Part shown: piece by piece, positions 42,075 through 62,303 of the stretch
Layout of the letters: each line of letters begins with the position of its first letter
How positions within the stretch are numbered: position 1 is the stretch's first letter
NCBI GenBank assembly: GCA_964035545.1
Contig: OZ037773.1
Location: 8,833,751 to 8,897,750, forward strand
Direction: 5' to 3'
Origin: Bugula neritina
Lineage: Eukaryota; Animalia; Bryozoa
DNA length: 64,000 nucleotides
Translations under genes and position numbers: made by a program
The notes under the pieces: generated by a model
Databases searched by the model: none
What the model was told of the DNA's origin: nothing
The model's input: the letters and a program-made list of their open reading frames with translations, nothing else

Positions 42075-44128
42075 TGATTTTCTGTTTGCTCAGTGAAGTA
42101 AAAACTTCACATTAAGTGACTGCTATGATACTTTTTGTAATTTAGAATAACTAGTTCAGTTGAATTTCTGCTGTATTGCATTTCACATGATTTACCAGTC
42201 ATTCATATATTAGATGTAATAAAACAATCACCTCTCAAGGTAATGTTTTTATAGTTTCTGTATTTTAGAGCTTTTTTATTTTTTTATCAGCCAGTTGAGT
42301 TATCAGATATTCAGTAATTCATATAGCAATAAAACTTCAAATACGATAATAATAAACTGTTTAGATATAGATATACTTACTGCATGGGATTTATTTTTAT
42401 GTGAATGCATAAAGATAGATTTTTATCATCCAGTGTGTCTCTAATTGTCCATAATTCACATTATATTTCATGTGTGCGTTTCATGTGCTCGTAAATTATA
42501 GTTGCATATTGTTTTGGTGTCAGGGAATCAACTTGAATCTAGATGTATGCAGTTATATAGTATTATTTAGTTGTAGTAGTATTATTTAGTTGTAGCTAGT
42601 AATATTTAGTTGTAGTAGTATTATTTAATTGCTAATAATAAAAGTGAGAAAATTCCAACAGTTGTGAATTTCATTTTTTAAAAGTTATTGAGCAAAGTAA
42701 TCTAGAACTATAAAAAAGTAAAAGGAACATATAAAAATATAAAACTTATATACAAAACTATAATTGATGAGAGAAAACAAGCAAGCTTTTAGTTGCACAC
42801 AGAAATTGAGCTAACTGATTACTGCCAAAAAGTTACAAGTGTTGAATATTTTGAATATATATAATTTATAGTACATTATAAAATTATTGAGTTGTCTTCC
42901 CTTGATCTGCATGTATCTTGTACATCTATACATGTGAACAAAGTGGGAGTTCTCTACTCCTATATACCGGCATCGCTGTGAGAGGCCTATATAAGCTGAC
43001 TATAGCTGGAATTGTGGTCCCAACATAAATTTTGAAGTGGATAATATCAAGAATATGCTTGTAATCTATATTAGTATTTATAATGATAACCAAATGTCCA
43101 AATAAACTTCAGGTATTAGATGTTCTGGTATACATAATAGTTTGAAGAATATATATAGATCACTTGTAAAAACTGGCTCATGTAAAACTTCGAGACTAAT
43201 GTGATTGGAGTTATGACATCATGGCATTTAAGACCGTAGAATAGCTTTGTGATAGCCTTAAACCCAATACACATGTGAACAGTTAGGAATGTCTCATTCT
43301 AGAGTGAACCTGGTGAATTGGTGATAATCTTCAAGATGGTTATTCTGGAGTATTCAGCTAGTCTACAGTATTCATATCAAATCACATCAGTGAATGTGTT
43401 TTCTACAAAAACAAAGTAAAGTCAACAGAAGATGTGAAAGAATGAACTTATTTATCAGCTTGTCAATATTGAATGCTGACACCATTTTTCAAGTCTCTCA
43501 AGAACAACTTTGTATACATAATATCTATGGTATGTCATTGCAGGGTTCTATTTCTTATAGGAATCAGATAGTATAGGTGCAGAATTGCAGTCCTTCCATA
43601 TTTATAATTCTATTTCTAGTCTAATTCCCTGTCATGAGAGGTTGCTTGACTTCAACATTATAAACCCAAACTGTGAGCACAAACCTACATATCATTACAC
43701 ACATCACAGCAGATTGTATTGCTTCATATACTCATACTGTTACTAAATCTACACACACCACCACTTTTGGCAGAGTCAGGACTGCCTGGTTTTGACGTAT
43801 GCACTATAGAGATGGCACAGTGACATATCTTAATATAATGCAATGCAATGTTCCTGTATTCTGGTACATGACCTTAATTTTTCGCTTCAACACAAATAAG
43901 TGCTATAACAGATGTTTCACTGACCTTATTCTGTATTACCTACAATAGCTAGGTCAATCTAATATAGAGATAGCATTCCCACCAGATTTCCATGCAGCAT
44001 GACGTTATATGTTATGTTGATGCAAATGTTCAACAACCGGCACATATATTGCCACGCTAACCAAAGGGTTAAAGGTCATATTTGTTGAATATAATATCAT
44101 GATTCTCTATTAACCTGGGAAACTTATT

Positions 44129-44904
44129 CACGGGCTTTCCATGTACCGATCTCAGATCGATCTCGCTAAGATCGATCTGAGAGATGTGCTCAGATCGATC
44201 GTTTTTCCATGAGAGTGTCAGATCGATCTCGCGAAGTTGCCTCCTCTTAAGTGAAGAATACTTTAAAAGTATAATTTGTTCACCTATTTGAGTGATTAAA
44301 GTTACTACTGTTGAAAACAAGATGGTCGTAGTCTAAAATTTAATCCCAGCTATAAACTATACGCAGCAAAGCTTTCAGTGTATGGTAATTTGGCCAATTT
44401 AAAATAATTAATTTTAATTTTTGAGCTTGACAGCTTATATAAAATTAATGGCTGCCTTGCAGATTATTAATGAACTTACGAGAATGTTGGGCTTAAAATT
44501 ACAAAGAAAATAGCTAATGAAACTAAGTTTTAATAGTCATTTAAATTCAATTTAAATTCTCCCATTTTTTTACCTTCTACTGCATATAATTGAGTTTTCT
44601 AAATCATTGTACTGAAAGTCAAAGTTTTGGCATCTGAAAAGGTGGCTATCATAATTATTTAATACTTTGCTTAGTAATTATTAATAAGTTATCATTTTTA
44701 TTAGCAGACAACATTGTAGCGCGCAGTTTTTTTCTACTTCTCAGATCGATCTGGCGTCTTTCCATGGTCTTATTGACATCAGATCGATCTGAGTTCGAGC
44801 TCCACAGACCGACCAGCTCAGATCGACTGAGATCGATCTTTAGCGTCTTTCCATGGATCGATCTCAGCGAGATCGATCTGAGATCGGTACATGGAAAGCC
44901 GGTG
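44129..44904 (-). mobile_element. CAC...GTG non-autonomous DNA transposon, copy 2 (inverted relative to 16811-17549)
   Basis: Same TIRs; TSD ATT/ATT; internal sequence is the reverse complement of copy 1. Confidence 0.88.
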
Positions 44905-45303
44905 ATTCAAGCGCAGGTTAATATAAACTTCAGATCACAAATAGCAATAGTAATTTGTACATCATGATGATTGACAGGGTTAAAGTTTAATGTTTAGTAC
45001 TAGTATAGTGTGCAAAGGGCACGGCTTCAGTAACTGGCTGCACTACTTCCATTACTTGTGTTTCTCTCTACCTGTTTACTCTCAAGTAGCAATTCAGAGA
45101 GCTGAGTATCACAGTAAGTTAGCATTATTCAACATTATATCAGCATTTATTCATGAAATTATCTAGTTAAGTGCAGTAGTACTAATAGATTTTTTGTAAA
45201 CCTCTTTCATTTTGGCTCCATTCATTAAAAGATTTCACATACCTTTTGGATGAGCCATACCAACATTACTTGTTCGGCAGACACATTTTAGGTACAGCTG
45301 TTA

Positions 45304-45636
45304 GCCTAGGGCCACACTGTGCGTATTTTTGCATGCAAAAATTGAAACCACAAGCAGCAAAGGTGTCCACTGTAGCGTCAGTGATGGGTGAGAAATAAAG
45401 CTTTCATTTTTAAATCGCACTCGCTTTCAATAAAATGCAATTTACTAAAATTTAGCACTAAAATAATGAAAGTGGGCTCGCTGAATAACTAGGTGACGAC
45501 GATAGAGACGATTTGCACTTGCATTGAGAATGCTGAGCGACAAGTGCGAATGTTTTCTCAACGCGTACAGTGGACACCTTTGCTACTCGTGTTTTCAATT
45601 TTCGCATGCGAAAATACGCACAGTGTGGCCCTAGGC
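45304..45636 (+). mobile_element. PIF/Harbinger-type MITE (TIR GCCTAGGGCCACAC...), copy 1
   Basis: Long imperfect TIRs (~65 bp); flanks TTA/TAA; inverted copy at 57108-57450. Confidence 0.85.
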
Positions 45637-45891
45637 TAACTGTTAGACAATGTTATGAAGTGTTTGGTAGTGATCCATTGTAGCTCTTCAGTATAGTATG
45701 TTGAATTATTAGATTGTTGGATATTGATGGTTAACATGTGTAAACAATAATCAGATTGGCAAAAATTGTATATATAAAGTTAGAAAGTTGTTTATTACTA
45801 AAGATAATATTTTAGTATAGTTTATTATAAGTAATTAAAAAGAGAAGCCATAATGACGATTACAACTTAAGGTGAATCATATATTTCAGCA

Positions 45892-51859
<5,968 letters not shown>

Positions 51860-51924
51860 TCGTCTTTTTGCAGTGTATACATGTACAATGAATAAAAAAA
51901 TTCTATATTGAGAAACTGCTATAG

Positions 51925-52130
51925 GAGCAGCCGTAGTTTAGGAGTACATGGCTTAGTACATAAGAAGTCATGGGTTCAGACCCCAAACAAAGGCTATTGG
52001 TGATGTTAGGGAGAGCATCCAGTCATAATTGCTCCTGTGCCTCATCTGAATAAGTTCTTAGCCCGATTTAACAAAAACCCATCAGCGAGTTTTCACAGGG
52101 ATGGCGACTATATACACTTATGTAAGTTTT
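51925..52130 (+). mobile_element. tRNA-derived SINE family 1, copy 2, in the 3' region of array gene 2
   Basis: Shares head and core with 8245-8460; absent from the equivalent 3' regions of genes 1 and 3. Confidence 0.72.
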
Positions 52131-52697
52131 TTATATCAAGTGACTGCCATGATACCCATTTCAATTTATATGAGTGTATTATATTGCAAAAATAGTTCAG
52201 TTGATTTTCTGTTGTGTATTGCAATTTACATGATTTATCTGTCATTTATAACTTAATGTGTCCAACTAACGACTTTTCTTTGTTACTTGTTTTTGATCTG
52301 GTAGCTAAATTGTAAATTTGTTTCTTTTTTATTAACCAATTAAATTATCAGATGTTTAGTGATTTATATAGAAATATCAACTTGGCTATGCAAATAACAA
52401 ACTTTTTAGATATAGATGTAAAATTATATGAAATAAATATTTTAATGCCTAAAAATGAAGCTACTTCATTCAGTGTGTGTCTAAGTTCATAATTAGCACA
52501 TTACATTTCATATATGTATTTTCTGTCTTCAAAAATTAATTGTATATTATTATGGTGTACATCAGGGAGTAATATTTGGTGTCAAGAAATCATTTTGAAT
52601 TTAGATGTAGTAGTATTATTTAGTTGCTAATAAAATTGGAAAATCTCAACAATTGTGGATATCGTTATTTAGAAACCATCTATAAGCAAAATGCTAT

Positions 52698-52912
52698 AAT
52701 AATATATAATATAAGATATATATATAATAATAATATAATATATATAATATATAATATAATATATATATATATAATATATAATATATAATATATAATATAT
52801 AATATATATATATATATATATATTATATAATTATATAATATAATAATTATATAATAATATATATATTATATATATTATTATACAATTATTATATTATATA
52901 ACTATTATATAA
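52698..52912. repeat. AT-only low-complexity tract
   Basis: TATAA/TA runs. Confidence 0.9.
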
Positions 52913-52955
52913 TTCCACCGAGCCATCAATTTTCTCATCTTCTCACCGCGATACC

Positions 52956-53753
52956 CTAACACGGTCCATTATTAGTCAGTAGTTTTTTGGGAGGGCCTCT
53001 TTCATGGAACAATTGCTCCAGTTGTTTTACAATGAACTCAGATGTTTCATTCCTCAGTTGCTTCCATATTAAAAACCTACATGGCCCACAATCAATAACT
53101 GTCAGAAAGGGAACTCCATTGCAGTGGGTGATGTCCGATGAAAGCCTGTTCCATGTTGTTTCAACTGACAGCTTGCCACTCTCCCAATTTACTGGTGCAG
53201 GGTCAACTTGACGGTGAACATCATACTTCCTCACGACTCTAGCTATATCCTCTTTCACGACAGCATCACCCCATTTACATTTTGCCAAGTGTAACGTCTT
53301 CTCAGAGCCCAAGTGGCTTGTATCATGTAAATCTCTTATTGCAAGAATAGAGTAGGTACTTGCGCACCCAACAGCGCATACTTGAGTCTGCAACCAACTC
53401 CTTGGAACACGTGTCAACACGTCAGCCAGACTCTCCTCCGACTTCATTAACCTAACTCTTACTTCAAGGTCATACAACTCTATCAGTTTTGTAACCATGG
53501 CCAACCCTCTTCAGATAAGCATCTCGCCAAGATCATTTACTTTGGGCTGCTTACTGTTTCTTATGATTGACTGAACCCAAGCATACACTGTAGCTGAATC
53601 TGTAACAACTGTCACAGATGTGAGACTCCATTTTACAGCACTATTGATGTCCCTGATTGCAGCGTCCAGCTCCGCGACGTTTATCTGGTTACCATCATCT
53701 TTACGCAGCCAACTCTCATCCTCCACCTGCTCTATATCTATCTCAACTGACAA
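52956..53753 (-). mobile_element. LTR-retrotransposon pol fragment (RNase H + integrase), degenerate
   Basis: INVAELDAAIR..VTVVTDSATVYAW (RNase H); LHDTSHLG, WNRLSSDITH..FLTVIDCG and FHERGPPKKLLTNNGP (integrase); internal stop and mutated catalytic residues. Confidence 0.85.
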
Positions 53754-53774
53754 GATTATAGCCCGTTAGCTTGA

Positions 53775-53891
53775 AAAATAATTTTGGGTTCGTTTCTCAG
53801 TAGACTGGGAATCGAACCAGAGACCTCCGGCTTGCAAGCAAGTGTGCTAACCATTACACCACGGCGACCAGTGGGTAAACTCAACACTACA
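53775..53891 (-). mobile_element. tRNA-like element family 2, copy 2
   Basis: CCGTGGTGTAATGGTTAGCACACTTGCTTGCAAGCC..GGTTCGATTCCCAGT matches 13305-13406; acceptor stem does not pair. Confidence 0.7.
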
Positions 53892-55406
53892 TCTCACCCA
53901 TTTCTCTGAACTCCACTGGCCTCTTTACTACTCCTTCAGTTTTTAGGCTCCCCTAGCTACTCAACTCCTTTGGAGTACTACTAAACTTCACTATAGACCG
54001 AAATAGCTTGTAAAATAATTTTTCCCAACAATAATATGCTGATCAGGGAGCATAATTACTAATTGCTAGTGAAAATATATTTCTATATTTTCTACTCCTG
54101 TGTAAATTGTACAATTGCTCTTTAATTTATTTACTTTTACCCATTCTCTAAGAAAGTACGTTATTGCTAGATATATTATCAAATGCATCTAGACTTGCTA
54201 TTTCAAGAATTACACATTGATTGCAAGACGTGACTTTAATGTGTTTTTTGCTCATGTTACTGTATTATTTGTGAGTGCAAATGTACCCATGTAACAACGT
54301 TCACTGATCTTTTTAAACTTAAACAAATGTATCATTTTAATGAATTTTAGAATTTAGTTGAATAATTATTAGTGTTGTGTAGTATTGTGTGACTAATCTG
54401 TCAATTTTATTAAAATATAAAGTTGAATTTAGTAATTTGCTAAATAAATTGAGTATTCTGTCAATATTCCTGTACACAATTATTTTTCTGAGTTTTGATA
54501 GCAACAAGTTTCCATTGGAAAGGTTTTAATATACCTTTAGAGCATCACTGATCTAGTGTTCTGAATTTCTGAAGCTATTATTTCTATAATGTAATTTTAT
54601 CTGATCCAATTAAACCATTAGTCAGTTGCACAGAGACGTTTTAGTAAAGATGTTGAACAACATATAGACGCCTAATTTCTTGTTGTGGAGTTAAACAGTG
54701 AGCAGACATTTGCAACTTACAAGTGTTAGCCGAAGAATATTATGTGGTTTAGAAATAGCGATTGTATAGGAATACAGTGTGTAGTGTAAAAATAGCAAGT
54801 GTAGGAGTACAGTCAGTGTGTGGTGTAGATATAACAAGTGTAATAATGCCAATATTTTTGATAAAGTAGTTCAAGATAACACTTAGCCATAAAAACACAA
54901 TCTGCAATCTGCTTACTAAGGCGCCATTGTACTACCCACTCACTTATTCAAAGGTATCTCACAAAAAGGCTAATATTAGACTAAAGTAAACACCTAATAG
55001 ATAAGGGAGCTCAAAGCTCCAACTATTCTACAAGTTGGTGTTTGCAAGTTGGATAGAAGGCAATGGTATAGTTGCAGCATTTCTGTCTCGCCTACCTGCA
55101 TGGGCTTGAATTATTCTTTCATACATATAAATAGAATCGAAGCATTAAAAAGTTAATCAGCATTCCGGTGGGTTTATAGCATATTGAAATATATAAAATA
55201 TATACCATTGCTTTATTTTAGTCATATAGTATTTATATGATATATACTATCAGATTTTATTAAATACTAAAATAAGTTACATTTTAAACCATCAACATCT
55301 ATTGAGCTCTGTAGTTTTGGCAGTTTTGTTTCAGAAAGAATTTGGAGTTTTTAATAATAATGACGTAGTGTTCAAACAACTGTATAAAGATTCATATATT
55401 TCAGCA

Positions 55407-58400
55407 ATGGAACAGGCAGTATCCGCAAGCTCTGAATCTGTGAACCTTAGAGTATGGAGTGACATACCAATCTGTGTTCTGGTTACAAGTAGAACTACTT
55501 CTCTGCTTAAACATGGCATAGCAACTCTTCTAGTGAGAAACACTCAGTTTGATGCAGCAGACCTGTTCAACAATCTTGTGAAGTTTCATACTGACGGTTT
55601 GTCAGAGGCTGTTTTAAAAGAGATCAAAATTATTGCCACTATTTTGTCAAAGCTGCATCACCCTAACCTTTTGAATATCCAAGGAATTCGTCTTGACATC
55701 TCATGGGATCATGAAAATAGAGTTTTTCAAAACATGCCAAGTTTTTCAAAAGTCCAGTTAGAGAACATTGAAGACAACCTAATACAAGATATCAGCTCTG
55801 GTATCCAATTTCTGGAAGATGACATCATCAAATCTTCCCCAACGGTAGTGACCCTGACACTTGTAGAAGAAGCTATGAAGAAATTCCAGTCTCCCACACC
55901 AGCTGAACAGAGAGAAGCCATAGAAGGTCTGGTGGCAGGACTAGTGGCTGGTGTCCTTGATAAATCTCCTCTCAGCTTGACACGTCTGTTAGACATGTTC
56001 CGTGGTGAATTTCCAGAAACTGTAAATGAGTGTCTTCAATATATAGACAGTAGTCACTCTCAAATAATGGATAATGGTGGAAAGCTTGAAGGAGATCATG
56101 AAATACAAGAACTTCTGGCTCAGTACAAAAGATGTGTGAACTTCTTTGTTCGTGATTTAAAATGTCTTCCACTCAAACCATCAGATATCGTAAGTTCCTA
56201 TAAAAATTCTACACGGTAAATAAATAATTAGGTATAATAATATAATATTATTATATTTGCAAAGCTTATGAAGAATTCACTATTATTTAACTATTTACAA
56301 GCTTACAAATATTGTTTGATGTTGCAAGCACCTAAAAAGACTAATTCTAAGCAGGCACTTAAAGTGTTACACCTATAGCTACCATTTTTAAAAACAAGTA
56401 TAATCACAACTGACCTTGACATTGAACTTAAAATTCTCCGTCAGTCTACTTGTTCAGATGTTTGAAACATTTGAAAAACGTTTCCTCCATGCAGAAAGCT
56501 GTGATGCCATATCGTACAACGTACTCCAACCAATAGCATATCATTGTATTTTCTAGGTCACCAATGATCTGATGGAGATGAGTCCAACTGCTGAAGAGTT
56601 AAGCTTCATTATCACAGAATATGATGAGTAAGTGACTCAACATGTACAGCGGTTTAACTCTTTCTGTTTTCATACTTTACAATATAGGTATAAGTGTATA
56701 AGCTCTTACTGTAACACTAGAGTATCCTAAAATGTCATATTCTCTTCTGTCAGGGTGATTTCAAGAAGTAAAAGCTCTGATAACACGGACACAGATAGAA
56801 TCAACTTGCTGGCAAGGTATAGAGACTATATATTCATATCCTAATGTTCATTGTGGTGTTAGCTAACTATATATATTTTGCCAGTTTCAAATAGTCCAAA
56901 GCTTTATACAAACTATACAAAGTATATAATATGGTGATTACCAGGATGTTTATATGTTTCCAGAGAACAACATTCTATATGGAGACAAGCCAACCATCAT
57001 CTGGCTTGTTTATTAGATGTTAAGGAGTCTGGTGCCTTAGATGAGACTTCTGGAGACACTCAAGAGCTGCAAGAGAAGGTAACTCTATAAGTAAATCATA
57101 ACTATTAGCCTAGGGCCACACGGTGCGTATTTTCGCATGCAAAAATTGAAATCACGAGCAAAGGTGTCCACTGTGCGCGTTGAGAAAACGATCGCACTTG
57201 TTGCTCTGCATTCTCAACGCAAGTGCGAATCGTCTCTGTCGTCGTCACCTAATTGGCTGGTATAGTTATTCAGCAAGCCCAATTTTTTTATTTTAGTGCT
57301 ACATTCCAGTAAATTGCGTTTTATTAAAAGCGAGTGCAATTTAAAAATGAAAGCTTTATTTATCACGCATCACTGACGCTACAGTGGACACCTTTGCTAC
57401 TTGTGATTTCAATTTTCCCATGTGAAAATACGCACCGTGTGGCCCTAGGCTTAGTTTATAATCTTGATGCTGATAATCAATACTCTATAACACATGTCAT
57501 TAACCATGCTAGGGATTTTTTGATAAGCTTTGAAATGCTTTCAACTCAAACCAAATACAGTTTATGAACATGGATAATGTATATATGTTACTGGAATGAG
57601 TTATAAAACTAACTGTAGCCATTGTATGAAATAGCATGCCATTAAAGCAATCTTTGAGGCCAAAATGAATTTTATTTTATATTTTTATAGAATACTAATT
57701 TGACTCCAGAAGAAGTAAACAGTCCTGCACAAACCTCTTCTCAAAGTAAGTACAATAAACTTGTGCTCCAGTCATTTTTCCCGAATTATGATTAAGTATC
57801 AGTACTGATACCAGAATGTTGTTTGTAACAGTGTATTGGGTCTTCTATGAGTTTATTTCATTACGGTCTTTTATTAGCAATTGCTCTTTACTAATGAGAT
57901 ATTTTATTGTACATATTCTGACTAATACTAACAAAATAGTAATTGCTAGTATACGACAGTTTCATTTTAGACAATATGCATTACACCTAGACAAAACTAC
58001 TCAAATTATGATTATTTTGATGCATCTATAAGACCTACAGATTAATTTCCCCTTAAATTATTTTTTTTATTATGAGCAGGAGGAATAAATTTCTTCATTA
58101 CAGAAAAATTAGTTCACTTATAAAAGGCATATTTTCATTATTAGCTTTTTATTTCAGCTACACCAACTCCAAAGCATCTGGGTGGCCTTCAAACAGTTCC
58201 TTCAGATGTCCCACTGTGTGTTTTGATTGTGAACAGAATTAGAACATTGTTGGTGAAAGCATTAGCCTTTCAGTTGGTTAGAAAATCAGAATACAACATG
58301 GCCGACCTTATTGATGGACTTTCTTCAGTACTTCCTGCTGATTATGGTAAAACCAGCATCAAAGAGCTCAACATCATCGCTAAAATCATATCAAAGATTC

Positions 58401-61400
58401 AACCTAGAGAAGCAGTAGAAGGTCAAACAACTCCAGGCACCATTAAATGGGACAACAAATACAACAGATTTGAAAACGTTCCAACAGAATTGAGAGTTCG
58501 GCTAGCAAGACTTCCACTTGGGCCACTAAAAGTTCGTTGCTTGAACATCTCTTTACTAAAAGGCATCATTATCCAAACCCTACCGACCGTAGAGACACTA
58601 ACACTAGTAGAAGAAGCTATGAAGAAACTCCAGTCTCCCACACCAGCTGAACAGAGAGAAGCCATAGAAGGTCTGGTGGCAGGACTAGTAGCTGGTGTCA
58701 TTGATAAATCTCCACTTACCTTGACATGTCTGATAGACATGTTCTGTGGTGAATTTCCATCATATGTCATAACCCTCCTCAAGGTTATCAACAATAACCA
58801 AGTCCAGACAATGGAAAGTGGCAAGAAAATTGAAACTATGGAATTGAGACAAGATCTTATCACTGCATTCAATGATTGTGTGATTTTTCTTATAAAAGAC
58901 TTCAAATGTCTCCCAGTCACAGAAGCAGCAGAGGTGAAAGTTATAGTTGTAGCCTAATATTTTTTGCTTTACCTACAAATAAAATATAAAGTAGCAAATT
59001 TTAAATTTTTTTAGAAATTTAAAACAATTCACGAGTCATTTGTTTAGTCTAAAATTTAAAGTTGTCATCCAAATATATACTCAAACACTGCTATCATTTT
59101 TGCAGGCTTGTAATGAATATCTACAACTCTCTTTAACTGCAGATGAGTAGAAAATGGTATTCTCACAGTATGACAGGTATTGTAAGACAATAAACAAGCT
59201 GTTATTACTCAGCGTAGCTCTTGCAATATATGGACTTGGCTGAAATATGTACATGTATAATATAATCTACATGTATAATATAGGCAAATCAACAGTTACA
59301 CTCTCTGAAATGAAAAGTATAGTTGGTTATTTGATTAAATATAAGCTATTATGCTTAATTCAGAAAATTATATTTATGTCGCTTATTACTAGAAAGTTTT
59401 CTTGTGACTTTTTACTATTCCTTCCCTAAAACTCAGATATTTTCAATTCGTTTCAGCAGCAATAATAACTGTTTCTTGAAAAAATAGCTGTGGCAGTTTT
59501 AGTCAAAATCCACAAACTAATAGTGCTAAAATATTTTCTTCTCCACTTCAGAATTATCACAAATATTGACAACACTGATGGAGCTAAGACAGAGGAAATC
59601 AATCTTTTAGCAAAGTAAGATTTTGAGCCATTATTAAATATTAATATCTGGTCTCAGTGTGACAATTATTTACTTATAATAATTTACAAGTTTCACTATT
59701 CTGAGGCCATAGTTCAAGTTGTATCTGGTTGTAGTGAACAGTTCAGTTTATGGAAGAAGACAAATCAGTTGCTGGGAGATTCTATTGAAATACCAAACAT
59801 ATTTGCTGACATAAAACCCATCTACAAGGTAATTGACAACTATAGAGCAAAGCAAATTGTTCTACTATAGTTATATACTACTAGCTCTAGTACAAGTAGC
59901 AGTTGTAGCAGTTGTATTAGTGATGGTGGTGGTGGTGGTGATGGCGATGCATGGCGGTGGCGCTGACGGTGGCGATGGCGGTGGTGGTGATGGTATCATC
60001 AGCAGTAACCATTTAAGGATATAGCTTAGTTGCTTTAGTTGGTCTGACCAGAATAGCTGAAGAAATATTATATCATGTGCTTTATATGATTTGATTGCTT
60101 GGTAAATTATCTACCTTGATGGTTCCATTCATGTTTTTGTTATTCCTTGTACTATTTATAGAAGAAAGATGAATATTCAACACAAGTTGGAGGAGCTGTC
60201 CGATACAGCATCTCTCAACTTGAAGGTATGACTATGATGGAGAATCTGAATCTAAGTGAAGGAGCTGCCGGAGACAGCATCTTTCAAAGTAAGGGTGTGA
60301 CTATGATGTATAGGATGTTAAGTAAAACTATTTAAGTTAAATGAAATAGAAATGTTAAAAAATTCATTACTTTACATATTATATTAAACCTACAAACTGA
60401 AAATCACTTTGGCTGTGTAGTTCTATAATATGTAGTATCCCTATATCGAGAGTTGTCCGTTATGGTTGCTGTGTAAAGTAATGATACTACAGTTACTAGT
60501 CATATACAATAAACAATATGTCACTATACCAACATTTGACAAAATGCTTTTTTTGATAATATTATATGTGTATTTTATACATATCCTTCTATTTGAGTAT
60601 ATAGTACTTATTTATGGAATTTGTTTCACAGCTTTATATTTTTTATAATACAATCTAGTAATATATGTAATGTTGCAGCTGGTACAGAACTTCAGTACAG
60701 TCTGAGTGATTACTCTGTTATCTTGAGAGGGTCCTACTCTGATGTAACTAATAGTGGAGGGCATACTATACTAGCTAGTAGAGAGGGAGGGTTTGATGTA
60801 TTGGATACTAGTAAAGTATCTGAATCTAACAGTAGTGAAGGAGGGAGGGGATATGAGAGGGTGAAGTCTGTCCCAATAGAAATGGGTGGTTCTGTTGAGT
60901 CAATACAGAGATATGAGAATTGTATATATACTCTGTGTAGAGTAAATTATCAGCTAAAAGTAGTAGTGTTTGATGCTAACACATATGTTGAAGTAAAGAG
61001 ATGGTCTGTACCAGAGCTTGTATCACTTCTTACTAGACTAGCTGTGTGTGATGAGAAGGTCTATATGGTAGATCTCATACATAAACAGCTAACTGTATTC
61101 TCTACAGATGGTAAACACCTCACTAATATTACACATTCTAGTATCATTGAGCTCTCTGCCCTCTCTGTATGCCCTCCACACAGTATCATCATATGTGACT
61201 TCTCAGCTGACAGAGTACATAAACTAGACACTACAACACATGACATCATATGGAGTTCTACCGCAGTGAAGAGACCTTTAGCAGTATGCTGTGACCACAC
61301 ACGTGAAGAAGTGTGGGTGTGGTCTCATTATACTGGCTCTATGTACATTCTAGACTCCAATACAGGTATGTAGTTACCATACTGTATGATAGGTAAATGT

Positions 61401-62303
61401 CATTTGTTAGATACTGTTTTAATTCAAACAATGATTGTGAGCTAACCAGGTTTCAAATCTAAACTTTCTGCACTGTTTTATATGGTTAATAATTTTGATA
61501 AACCATGCATATATAGCATATGGGATAATAACAATTCAACTTCTGAAAATATATAGTTTTATAATTTCTATATACCCAACTTAATGCATACTTGACTACA
61601 TTAAATTTCAATCACTTTTTATTATTGCAAACAGGCTTAATATAATCATATTTTGGTCCTTTTTGTTTATGTGCTAATTTTCCCATTCTCCCAAGAAAGT
61701 TCTCTAAACATAATGGCAGTTTTATTCCATTCTGTTAAAAAGTTGAACATTCTTCAACACACAACCATATGTCCCCAAGAGCCCTGCACCATGTGGTTAT
61801 TGAGTCTAAATGCATGTATAAAATGTCACAAGGTTTAGTCCATATAAATATGTAATCAAACATTTTAGGGTAGACTGTAGAGTTATCTCATCACAACAGT
61901 TGGAAAACTTTATGGTAATAACTGCTGCAGCATCTCAGCTAAACATTCTAATCATGAAATCAATCAACTTTTGCAAACCGTATGAATAATATCTAGATTT
62001 TAGAATACAGATTATTATTTTATTTTTCATGGAAAATAGAGAGGGCAACTTCTTGTAACAAATATGGAGACAGTACACAAATTATAAGTTATTTATTATT
62101 TTCATGCAAGGGTAAAACTTGAATTTGCAAATTAATAAAGTATGCATGTTGTAGGAAAGCAGAGGAAGATAGTAGGCAATACCCAAGACTTGCGCCACCT
62201 TCTAAGGCAACCTGTTCCTGCTGGTATGTGTGTAGTGGAAGGACAACTCTGGGTAACACCTTTCTTCCGCGGACTAATAAAATTTAAAATTAAGCAACAA
62301 TAA
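55407..62303 (+). pseudogene. Array gene 3: two tandem helical-domain modules plus beta-propeller, with premature stop at 59148-59150 (truncated gene or pseudogene); exons 55407-56189, 56557-56627, 56754-56816, 56964-57078, 57691-57745, 58158-58933, 59106-59176, 59552-59614, 59735-59828, 60162-60225, 60679-61365, 62155-62303
   Basis: In-frame GT-AG chain up to GAT GAG TAG, where paralogs read GAG TGG (W). The hydrophobic segment at 59860-59950 is out of frame; the propeller exons are still open. Confidence 0.7.
57108..57450 (-). mobile_element. PIF/Harbinger-type MITE (GCCTAGGGCCACAC TIR), copy 2
   Basis: TTA/TTA TSD; reverse complement of 45304-45636. Confidence 0.87.

Noticed and set aside
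59148-59150. Programmed stop-codon readthrough or recoding
   Set aside because: Paralogs have TGG, a single transition explains the TAG, and a second lesion lies downstream.
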